Of a stretch of 20,000 nt of DNA, positions 9,641-19,571 are shown piece by piece. The notes under the pieces are model-generated. The model had not been told where the DNA came from. It saw only the letters and a list, made by a program, of their open reading frames with translations, and did no database searches. A program made the translations under genes and the position numbers. The DNA comes from Priapulus caudatus (taxonomy: Eukaryota): NCBI RefSeq assembly GCF_000485595.1, contig NW_014577066.1, forward strand, positions 650,477-670,476, given 5' to 3'. Numbering within the stretch: position 1 is the first letter of the stretch; every line of letters starts with the position of its first letter.

Positions 9641-11394
9641 ATGCTCGTTGGGTGATGCTTTTCTGTTTGTTAGGTGACGCTCGACTAGATATAGCTTGTT
9701 TGCGCGCCAATCGTGCTGGCGGGAGAATGACAGCGTCGCTGTCTCTTTGCCTTATACAACTTCATTTATTCAACCTCGCTTCGGTTACTGACTTTCACTT
9801 TATTGAATAGCCATCATTTTCCTTATTCGCCTTGAATTGTCGACGGCGTTTTCCCCGCTTGACGGAGTCGCACTGTCATCAACACGGTGACGAATGTATC
9901 CAGTGATGCGCTCATAACGTGCACAACACGAAATCACGGCGGCGCCACAGAAACCCTTGTTCGTTGTTTCGTCTCTTACAGTTCATAGCCAGCCGTTCGT
10001 AGACAACCGTAAAAGTGTTTAATTCACCTGTCGCTGCAAGTCTCTCTGCTCACGTTGATGAGAAAGAGAAAACATGAGGCATGCAACCCATTTTTGTGTA
10101 CTACCCTCCCCCTGCTGCCTCCCCCTTATTCAACGCTGCTGCTGCGCACTGCAGCCCTGACTATGTCCGTGCGTAAGTGCTAGCGATGAGCAAACACTGA
10201 TTGCCGATGGGTTTCTCAAGGCCATGGGAAACTAAGAAAGCGCATAAAAAGCCGAAGGTGATAACGACATGCGCTACTCGACCCTCTCTCTCGTTTTCTT
10301 TCTTTCTTTCTCTTTGTGTGTACAAACCCTTAACGGCAGGAGGAAGTTAATTGTGTCCCGATACCGGTATCAAGTGATATGATGTAGGTTTACTACACTA
10401 CGGCGACCACGCAACACAATACGTCGGCAAACACCGACAGAAGGCTATATATATATATATAAATATAACATGAGAGTAGTAATGAGGAGCCAGCAGAGAT
10501 GTGTGAGGAAGAATGAGCATTCGTGAAAGTGAGAGTACGGTGCATACGTACAAGGTGTTACCAGCAGATTTAATTCGCAAGTACGACATAGCAGGCATGC
10601 ATATAGTGGTTACTTTTGATGTGGCTGTACAGTCCGCTGCACATAGCATTCACCTGGAAGGCGGGTGTATCATGTTATAGACGGTTTAGCAGACACGGTC
10701 TCTTACAATACAGTTGATTCATCTCTAATCGCCGCTAAGCTCTGATAATTGCGCTGCCATTATCTGCCACCCGGGCCTTCCACGGCTGCCCGGCCCGGTG
10801 CGCCGTGTGCGCAACCCTTTACGCGTTTCTTGACCGCTGTGGCCATGTATGGGGGCATGCACTGACCCATGGTCATTTCTTGAGCCGCGCGCACCGACCA
10901 TGACGGCCCCACTCGACGCTCTCCGAAAAGTTTGTTCGAGGATCTTCCATCTTGGGAGAGAAGTGCGGTGCAATCAACTTGTCGAGTGTCCTTGTGACAA
11001 GCAGCGCCCCCCACACCCACCACCGCAGTCATCACCAGCCATCGTATTACCCACCAGCCCTGACCCGGCTCTTGTGACCTATCTGTTGACTGCCGCCACG
11101 TCTCTTCCACGCTGTCGTGCCGCGTTAGTGGCAAGGAACATTGCGTCCGTCTAGACGGCAGAGATGGCAATCAGATGCGTCAAGTGTCTGGCGCGTGAAG
11201 TCCTGGTGCTGTTTGTAGAGATATGTGCGCATGCGCTCACGATGGCCTCTGTGACCGCGTGGCGCTCGCTGATATATGAGTAAGGGTGTGCTACCGTTGT
11301 GACGATTGGTGCGATAGACGGTGGGGGGGCTGTAGAGAAAATCCACAGTTTGCCTTCATTTTTATCCCATCTATAGCTTTCGTTCTAGCTGACG

Positions 11395-11600
11395 CGTTTT
11401 CCTTTGTTCTCCCTCTCCGTATCCCGCTTTCTCTCTCTCTAGCTCTCGTTCTAGATTTCCCGCTCGATCCCTCTCTATCGTTCTCTCTCTCTCCCGGTCC
11501 CTCTCAATTTTCCTCTCCCTCTTTCCCCTTTCCCTCACCTCTTCTCTAGCTTTTTCTCACTTTCCTTCTTCATCTCACTGTCGTCTTCGTTCTAATCATC
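11395..11600. repeat. Polypyrimidine (CT-rich) low-complexity tract
   Basis: Read directly. Confidence 0.85.
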
Positions 11601-11754
11601 CTTCTTTCGCTTTTGCACTTTCAACATGTACCAGCCACCTCCTTAACCATCTTCACTCCAACCCTATTCGCCTCCATATTCTGTTTATCGGGTTTTCATC
11701 ACCTCGGTATCTCGATGTAACGCTCTCTCTACAAGAAACAGCGCGAACTGAATG

Positions 11755-11813
11755 CGTGATGATTGATTGATTACCCGTGATGATTGATTGATTACCCGTG
11801 ATGATTGCTTACC
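11755..11813. repeat. 21-bp tandem repeat (CGTGATGATTGATTGATTACC), 2 perfect copies plus 1 shortened copy
   Basis: Copies start at 11755, 11776 and 11797. Confidence 0.92.
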
Positions 11814-12031
11814 GTCGCAGCGTCTTAATTACTCATGTGGACACGCCCGCGCTTATTCAGTCACCGGTCACGGCTATACCGATATCATGCTAGTATAGAT
11901 TGCGGGTGAGTGATCTTCTTCATCACAGCCCTGCCTCCGATTGTGTGCGGGGTAATGCTTGTGGCCAGAGGGCACGCACTTATGAAAGAGTTAAATTGGG
12001 GCAATGGCTGGAGATAATGAGCGTTCACCTG

Positions 12032-12220
12032 TCTGCGTTGATGATAGGGTCAGAGGTGGTGCGTCTTAGGCGCCCGTCTTCTGTTCGCGGCTGACTTTGT
12101 CTACTGGCCTTTTACGTGTAATTGAGTTATGATTGTCGACGATGGGCCGTCCCCTTCAGTCCCAAGGGCTTAGTGGTCAGTGCTCCGTGGCCGGACCCTT
12201 GACCCTATCATCGCCGCAGA
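12032..12220. repeat. Inverted repeat pair (21-bp arms, 2 mismatches) about 150 bp apart; possible MITE relic or RNA stem
   Basis: TCTGCGTTGATGATAGGGTCA (12032-12052) versus TGACCCTATCATCGCCGCAGA (12200-12220). Confidence 0.7.
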
Positions 12221-12680
12221 GGACATACGTTGTGCCACGGTGGCAAATCAGTTCTCATTAGCAACCGTGCTAAAATATTAGCTATACATTATCATAAATC
12301 AAGAGCGAAGTTATCTGGAGAAATTACAGCGGCGGCTGCTAATTATCCATTGTAAGGCACAATATATATATATATATATATTAACTATATTATTATTCCG
12401 CGACGCACACCAAAAATAGTCAAATCGATCGCGATCACAATGAGTTATTACGATAAAAACCTGGCTTCGTGTGTAACAAAGTCTCTCTTCTGTATCGTTT
12501 TTAGTAGTTTGTACACCGTGGTGTGCGTGCGGCGAGAGAAGTATTTTCGGGAAGAATTCCCGAGCGATATTATGCGATGTAAAATACGTAAACATTAGAA
12601 CTTTGGTAGTAAATAGAATCTGTGCTTATTATTATAATTTTCTTATTGAGTCAGCACATGTGTGCATTGTATTCACGTTT

Positions 12681-12874
12681 GCATGCATGCGCGTGCATGC
12701 GCGCGTGTGTGGATAACGCGTCGTGCGTGCATGCGTATACGTGTGTGGATATCGCGCCGTGCGTGCACGCGTGCGTGTGTAGATATTACCTCGTGCGTGC
12801 ACGTGCGCGTGTATAAATATCACGTCGTGCGTGCGTGCGTGTGCGCGCGTGCGTGTATGAATATCACGTCGTGC
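12681..12874. repeat. Degenerate 34-44-bp minisatellite: an ATATCACGTCGTGC-like anchor separated by RY microsatellite linkers, 5 copies
   Basis: Anchors at 12711, 12747, 12781, 12815 and 12859. Confidence 0.8.
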
Positions 12875-13435
12875 TTACATTGCATTGACCGCTGGCGCCT
12901 GCATTCTGCAGTCCTATATATATACAGCTTACGTCGCTGTCACGCCTGCCTTATCCCGATCTTCCCGTCGCCATTATTACACTCATGCGTCTGCCTTCGT
13001 CTTCTTCTCTGTTTGCGGAGGGCCTGGTCGAGCTTGATTCATTTATCCAACAGTGGAGTGGAATCTCCGGCTTTTGTTCGCGTTTCTGTGCAGGTTCTCT
13101 GACCAGTTTGTCCGTCACGCAGTGTAAAATATTATTATGTGGCAGTTCTGGGGAGCAGGGATATGTGTAGCGAGCACAAGGGGGTGATTATGTGTTTTTT
13201 AAATATATAGGCGAGTAAGCCAGTAAAGGAAATTAGACTGGTTACAAAAACTGGTCTTCGTTCATGAACACTCTCTCGCTATTTCTCTCACTCCCCCATC
13301 CTAATAGCCCTGCTGTAGTGTTTTCTATAGTCGCTCAAATATTTACGTATGTTTTTTCTTGATCCTCTTCTAATCCTCTCCCCTCCATCTTCCCCTCTTT
13401 CTTAAAAGGAATATTTATGGTTTATAAAATTTCAA

Positions 13436-13490
13436 CACGCACACGCGCACACACACATACACACACNNNNNNNNNNNNNNNNNNNNNNNN

Positions 13491-13540
<50 letters not shown>

Positions 13541-13546
13541 CACACA

Positions 13547-13584
<38 letters not shown>

Positions 13585-13626
13585 GTGCACACACGTACGC
13601 ACACACGCAGACGCACACGCACACAC
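13436..13626. repeat. (CA)n-(TA)n compound microsatellite
   Basis: Read directly; interrupted by the assembly gap. Confidence 0.95.
13467..13490. other. Assembly gap (24 N)
   Basis: Run of N inside a (CA)n tract. Confidence 0.99.
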
Positions 13627-16158
13627 CTGTTCCTCCGCCGCGTTACCGCGTCTATAGCCTTTCCCGCTCCGCTCGCACCTCTTTTCTCCGTCTCGTCCAG
13701 ACGCTTAGCGAGAAATTCCTTCGCTTTGTCTGTTCCTTTCCCCCTTCCAGGAAAAACACGGGGCCGGTGTGCCATCGGCACTCAAGAATGCGAAGGACAC
13801 TCGGGAGCGCCGGCTACCCCTCGGTGACCGCCCGCGGGCCCTGACCGGTGTCCGCACAGCCCGGATAACACCAATATAACGCGCCCAGGAATTCCTGATG
13901 CCATCCTATCGTCAAATTGCAAGCCATACTCGAGATCATTTTATTGGTGCATGATGAAATTGGCTCTGTGCCAAATGCTAACATGCGGACGGTGTGGTAG
14001 AGACTGGGTTGCCTACACTGGAATCACTTTTCGGAATATCCGAAAAAATCGGATATTTGACCAATGTATGGTGTCACACATTCAAACGGAGAGCCGATCC
14101 GACCACCCAGCGGCCAACTCTGCGGATCCACCACAAAGACAGAGCACCATAGCAGCGTCTTATGTTACTGAGATTAGACCTTGAAAGCGATTCCAGCGCT
14201 CCCTTCACGCACGATTAGATGTCAATGAGTAGTCTGCGCTTTTCGCGAACGACAGAATTTAAGGCTAAATCTCAATGGGTTTCATCGAATGAAGGAGTTT
14301 ACTGGTAAATTGTATTACGCAGCTCAGAAATGCAGGTCACAGTGAATGTGATCTAGAAAACGCTATTACTGGATTATGACTAATATCATATAAGTACTTC
14401 GTTTTCGCCTCTGCGTCAGAGCCGCTGCCTGGAATTGTATGTCTGCTAGTGAGACTATACTGTTGGGCTCATCACCCGCTATAGATCCTTCCTCGTTTGA
14501 CTGTCCACTGGCCATATGCACATCATGACAACCAGCTGACCATTGCTAATGGCTTCACTAACAGGCCAGCCACGCCGCATGGTTGACCCGTATCGCGTCC
14601 ACTTCGGCCATTTTCGTACCATTTCGGCCATGTTCGGGCGCAGTGTGGACAAGGCGATTCTGGGTCTCTGGGTTGATCGCTTTATGATCCGCCGCATAGT
14701 GCTGAACCCCATACGCTCGGCCTTTGTATGCGAGATAATACCCTATGGGTTTCTGACCGCAGCGGTCGCTGACTGCGCTCTAGCGCTAACAGTCTACTCA
14801 AAGTTCAGAAAGTTGAATACGGTTTCGTTTTTGTACTATAGTTTGTGCAAAAGAACTTACACGTGTGCGCGCACGAACGCATGCACGCACATGCACGAAC
14901 TCACTTATAGTACTTTCAGACCAACCATGGTCTGCTGATAGCGAGTGCACTCCCCCCCCGCCCCCACCACCACCATACACACGCACTCTCTGTAGATATA
15001 TATTATTAAGAACCAATATGTATTATTAGCTCTTGATATTATAAGTGCACTGAACGCGAATGCGTATATGTGTTTATAACGTGCGCCATGCTGCTTCATC
15101 GTGTCAGCCCACCAGCTCGCCCGCCAGCCCGCCGGCGCGCGCCATTTCCTTTATAAAATTGTGCAAATGATAGTCTACACCTAACATGCCGGGTGGGCTA
15201 GTGTTCGTGTATTGGGTTAACCCCTGTGACCGAGCCGGATCGGGTGTTTAATACTGGGTTGGCCTGCAGTTACGAGAGCGCTGCACGCATATATATATAT
15301 ATGTATATATAGTGTAAAGTTTTTGGACAGGAACTTACAAACTCGGGTTGTTCATTGTTCATCGGAATCTACCTGCCCATCTGTTACCGCCGATGTCCCG
15401 CTGTTTGGCAACCTTCAGATTGTAGAGCGGTCAGTTGGGTATTGAATAGTATAGGGTGTTCGGTTCATGTTGAATAGTTGGCCGGTTGATAGCGCGAGTG
15501 GTCAGTCAGTGACTAGTGGTCAGTGATTAGCGCGGGCGCTACTGGTTAGTAGACATAATAGATTTGACAGCGCGGAATTATCTTTGGACTAAGGCGGGTT
15601 AGGATAGCCCCCTAGGATAATTCAGTGTACGATAACATTTTAAGCAAGGGACGGAAGTCACGCCACACGTTGAGAATCGGGTATGCGACTATGGTACTAG
15701 CCTCTAGTACTCCTGGTACTAGCTCGGGATAGCGTGTACACACTGCAAAAATGTTGCGCGCTCGTGGTCCGGACTATGTAGGATCAAATTCGCAGTCTGT
15801 ACAGGGGTATTAGCTCCAAGAAACGGTATTGCTAGGGTTACAATACCTATACTAATATAGACAATCCGTCGCACAGCCTGGTCGGGCTATACGGGGTATG
15901 TGATCCGACAACGTGTAAGCCTGTCTGTATACTGGCTGGCCATATATACGCGAGGAGTGTGTCACCCATCACAAGCTGTTGGTTTTTCTAATAACACCAA
16001 TTTTCCCCCTGAGCGTTTCGAAGGCGCGCGAATTAGTGGGTGCACGGAAGCCTACCGCGAAGGTCCATGTGTGACCTTGTACGGTGTCTGATGACGTCTC
16101 TGTAGAGCAAAGGAAAGGGAAAGAGCGCGAGATAGATATAGCGAGAGGGAGAGACAGT

Positions 16159-16297
16159 CACACAAGCACACACGCTCGCGCGCACACACACGCACACACA
16201 TACATACACACGCGCACACACACACACACAAACGCGCACGCACGCACACACACATTCGCATACACACGCACGCACACTCACAAGTATATACACGCAC
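16159..16297. repeat. Degenerate (CA)n/(CACG)n microsatellite
   Basis: Read directly. Confidence 0.9.
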
Positions 16298-16341
16298 GAA
16301 CGCGCCCGCGCCCAGTGTTGTACAGAGCTAGTGATAAACTA

Positions 16342-17535
16342 AACAAGTGCCGCATAGCGACAGCGCTCATCTAACGTCTACTGCGGTGACTCTGTGGTGG
16401 AGTGGTGGGATTCTAGTAAACCCTGTTAGTCCCAAATGTGTTCACATACACGCCGAAACAGTGGAATGCACAGGGATGGTATCAGGAACCTTCTCAAAAG
16501 AATGTTCGTTGGGATCGTTATGAAAGTTGCCACGAGATGGCGCGTACGTTTAAGTGTCTTCAGATTAAAGATGGAAGCTCCCATCATTCGTAGTAGCAAC
16601 AACTATTTGCAAGACAGAATAGGTAAGCACTCATCCATTTACCTACGCAAGCCTACAGGCTGCAAATTGCAATAGAGAGCTGCCACCTGCAACCAATTAA
16701 TGCAGGCAAAAACTGCCCCAACACATGCACAGCCACTGGCAGTGGCATACGTTACATGTAACATACTGACAGTACAGAATGACATAGAAATTATACGATT
16801 TAAGGAATATACACCTTCTTTAACCAAATTTAGCTTTTGAAATTTCACTGTGACATTGTAGCCTCATACATCCAGGCATGTATAGATTCTACTAGCAAAC
16901 CCGGCAGTCAAATTCTTTCTAACAGATAGTCAACAAATCCAAGTTTAACCCTCCTCTTGAGGGTCAAAAGGTTATCCGACACTTACTCTTCGCATGTCAG
17001 CAGAAGGGACATTTCATGGTCCTTTCAATAAAGCCATAAAAATGCTAGGTCACCGCTGAAACAAAAAAGTTTTTCAATCGCTCCGTCAGACCATGTCCTC
17101 AGAAAATGTCTAAAATCTGCCCTGTGCCCACTGACCTTTGACCTGTGACCTCCAATTTCGGCACAGTGATGGCTTTTCCTACCATGATGCTATACACCGA
17201 CTATCACGAGCCTAGGTCGAGCCGTTTAGATTTGTGCCGCAATTCTGCATTTCCTCCCTATACCTTAAGTTAAGGAGTGAATGTTCCCCCTTCTTTTACA
17301 CCTCTTGACCTTTGACCTTTGACCCCCAGCTTCGACATCCCAACTCGTTTTCGGATTACCCCCCCACATCCCGAATATCGTGACCGTACGTCGAGCGGTT
17401 AAGATTTGTGCCCAACTGTTGACGGACGGACGGACGGACGCCCGGACGGACGGACGGACGGACGCCCGGACGGACGGACGGACGGACGATCAAGCGATTC
17501 TACAAGCTGCATCTGACTATGTCAGATGAGCTAAA
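16342..17535 (-). mobile_element. Apparently complete non-autonomous Helentron/HINE (DINE-1/Pearl-like) element, about 1.2 kb
   Basis: Minus strand: TT, terminal hairpin AGCTCATCTGAC-ATA-GTCAGATGCAGCT (17505-17532), (GTCC)n microsatellite (about 17421-17488), two diverged internal units with a 174-bp period (TGACCTTTGACC at 17132/17306; GTCGAGC-GTT-AGATTTGTGCC at 17216/17390), a second subTIR GCTCATCTAAC at about 16365-16375, hairpin TGCCGC-ATA-GCGACA, end CTTG-TT. It sits in an A/T run. Confidence 0.78.
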
Positions 17536-17588
17536 CAGAGCGAGAGAAAGTGAATATGTGAGAAAAGGGCAGCGTGGAAGAGGTGGAT

Positions 17589-17592
17589 AGAG

Positions 17593-17622
<30 letters not shown>
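17589..17622. repeat. (GAAA)n microsatellite
   Basis: Read directly. Confidence 0.9.
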
Positions 17623-17623
<1 letters not shown>

Positions 17624-18253
17624 GATAACGAACGCGAAAGAAAAAGAGAGCGCGCGCACGAGAATTACGTTACGGAGTACGCGCTACTCTGGGTAGATGA
17701 TCTAAATGCGCTCACTGTTGTTGTTATTGACAAGGTTGTTTACCCGCGATGAGTCTCATGCAGCGCTGTCACAGGTGAGCGTGTGAAGCGGCCTGCTGCT
17801 GACTGACATTGCCCCCGCACTTCAAACATACGGCACACAACGTCCAACTTTGTTTGCCTCCCCCTCCCCCCCTCTCTCTCTCTCTCTTTCTCTCTCGTCG
17901 GCTGCTGGTCGCTAGCCGTGTACACGGCGCCGTTTGTTTTCGATTACGTTCTCGTCAAATCCGCGCGCGCGTTCGCTGAATGGAGAAAGGAGGTTAAAAA
18001 CGGGAAAGTTGTGTCAACACTCAAAGTCGGATCACTTAAAATGTGTTGGAAAGCGAAGGGATTACGATGTAGCGGAGCTCTCTGCTCGCGCTCGTGCGTT
18101 AGCTAATTGCGATAAATTCGTCATTTTTTTCTGGCTGTCAACCGGGTTACTGGGAGAGACGTGATAGCAGGGGGGATTGCTTGGTGTGAAATGTGCGGTG
18201 AGATAGAGATGGCAATAATTATAATATATGCCACCAGCAGTGTAACACGCGAA

Positions 18254-18256
18254 CAT

Positions 18257-18320
<64 letters not shown>
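18254..18320. repeat. (TG)n-(CG)n microsatellite
   Basis: Read directly. Confidence 0.95.
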
Positions 18321-18321
<1 letters not shown>

Positions 18322-18558
18322 CATTTTGTACTGATTGATATGAATACCACACCTACTTTGCACACGTATCCGCTACCAACCCCTTACTACATCTAAACTT
18401 ATCTCACTAAAAGTCACTGGTTGCGCCTACACAGGCAACTGCCTGACCGATACCACTCGACGTCTCACGTGCACCTTTCCCGCACAAGCCCCACCCTTGG
18501 ACTCGCACCCCGGACCCACGCGCGCTATGTCGCACCGTGGCTACACAGTGGAGACCCT

Positions 18559-18581
18559 GGGGGTGGCGGGGCGGGGCGGGG
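18559..18581 (+). promoter_or_regulatory. Tandem GC boxes (Sp/KLF) and canonical G-quadruplex motif within a CpG-rich segment (about 18420-18900)
   Basis: GGGGGTGGCGGGGCGGGGCGGGG: four G-runs of at least 4 with 1-4-nt loops; overlapping GGGGCGGGG boxes. Confidence 0.45.
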
Positions 18582-19508
18582 AGCGAGCATTGCACCCTAC
18601 ACCCAGCGCTGCTGGCGACTCGCGATTACGCGATCGCCGTCGCCTCAGCATCACAATAGCCGCGCTTGTCTGCGATTTACATCACACTCGCCACAGTCGC
18701 CACTTTCACTCGCTACCGGCTCCTCTCCCGCAGCACCGCATCCCTCGGGAGCGCTCTCTACGCGCGGGGTTTGCCGCGCTTTCACCCGCCGTATCATTAC
18801 ATCGGCATTCCTTCGGCGAGGACCTGCTCCGAGAGAAAGCGGCGTAGCAGGAATTAAGGCAGTCATGTGGCAGGACAACGCGCCCATCGCTTTCCTTCCT
18901 TGGCGTGTCTCAGTAACGGCCGTATTTTTCGTTGTAGCTACTTATCTGTCGGCCTGTACGCGGCGACGTGTATGTGTAGGTAGGTATACAGTGAAAGCAC
19001 ATTACACCATATATCACCTTCCTTGTCGGGGCTAAACCAACCTGTCTATAGCGTTAGTGGGATACGCATATAGCGGTACAGAAAACGACGCCTGATTGTT
19101 GCGTAGTATCAGCACGGACCGAACACGCACACGCACGCACACACGCGCCCACCTCCCTATGTGAGCGCAAGGAAGAAAGAGGATTATTGGCTACTGTTTA
19201 TTTACATCACACAGCAATGGCTTATCAGCCTTATCTATCGCTGTAGGCAGCATTCATGGGAATCAAACTCACTCGGATGCCCTCGCGGTGTAGTGCCGGC
19301 AATACGAGACCAAGCAGAAAATTGTCTTTTTTCCAAAATAAAATTCTTCACTGAACTACCCAATGTGCAAGGTTGAACTTTACTCTGGCAGATGCACGTA
19401 AGCTGATAGACTTACCAGCGCAGCAAACTATATGGGTCTGTCACAATGATGGGACCATCGTGATAAATTCACCCACAGCGGCTCAAGGACGCAGCACCGC
19501 CTCCCAAC

Positions 19509-19550
<42 letters not shown>

Positions 19551-19565
19551 ATCTCTCTATCTCTC
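19509..19565. repeat. (CT)n microsatellite
   Basis: Read directly. Confidence 0.95.
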
Positions 19566-19571
19566 CTGCTA

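Noticed and set aside
10725..11346. GC-rich overlapping ORFs of 73-136 aa
   Set aside because: No recognisable domain or convincing splice sites; several frames open because of GC content.
12950..12985. Minus-strand peptide NNGDGKIG resembling an EF-hand loop
   Set aside because: Bounded by nearby stops, no flanking helices or exon structure; chance match.
14457..14938. ORFs of 77 and 131 aa with weak TA-flanked terminal similarity (TACTGTT..AACAGTC)
   Set aside because: No transposase/RT motifs; the putative TIR is too short and mismatched.
15785..15809. miR-10-like sequence (minus strand TACCCCTGTACAGACTGCGAATTTG); also a miR-10-3p-like ATCTAGATAGGGGAATA at about 7041
   Set aside because: Several indels, including in the seed, and no complementary arm to form a pre-miRNA hairpin. 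No miR-196 match was seen either.
16384..16433. tRNA/SINE A-box-like TGGTGGAGTGG (and a similar weak head at about 15188-15265)
   Set aside because: No valid B box (GTTCRANNC) and no cloverleaf.
18421..19035. 204-aa ORF, the longest in the window
   Set aside because: TTG start, low-information Pro/Arg/Ser/Ala composition, overlapping ORFs in other frames, no recognisable homology.
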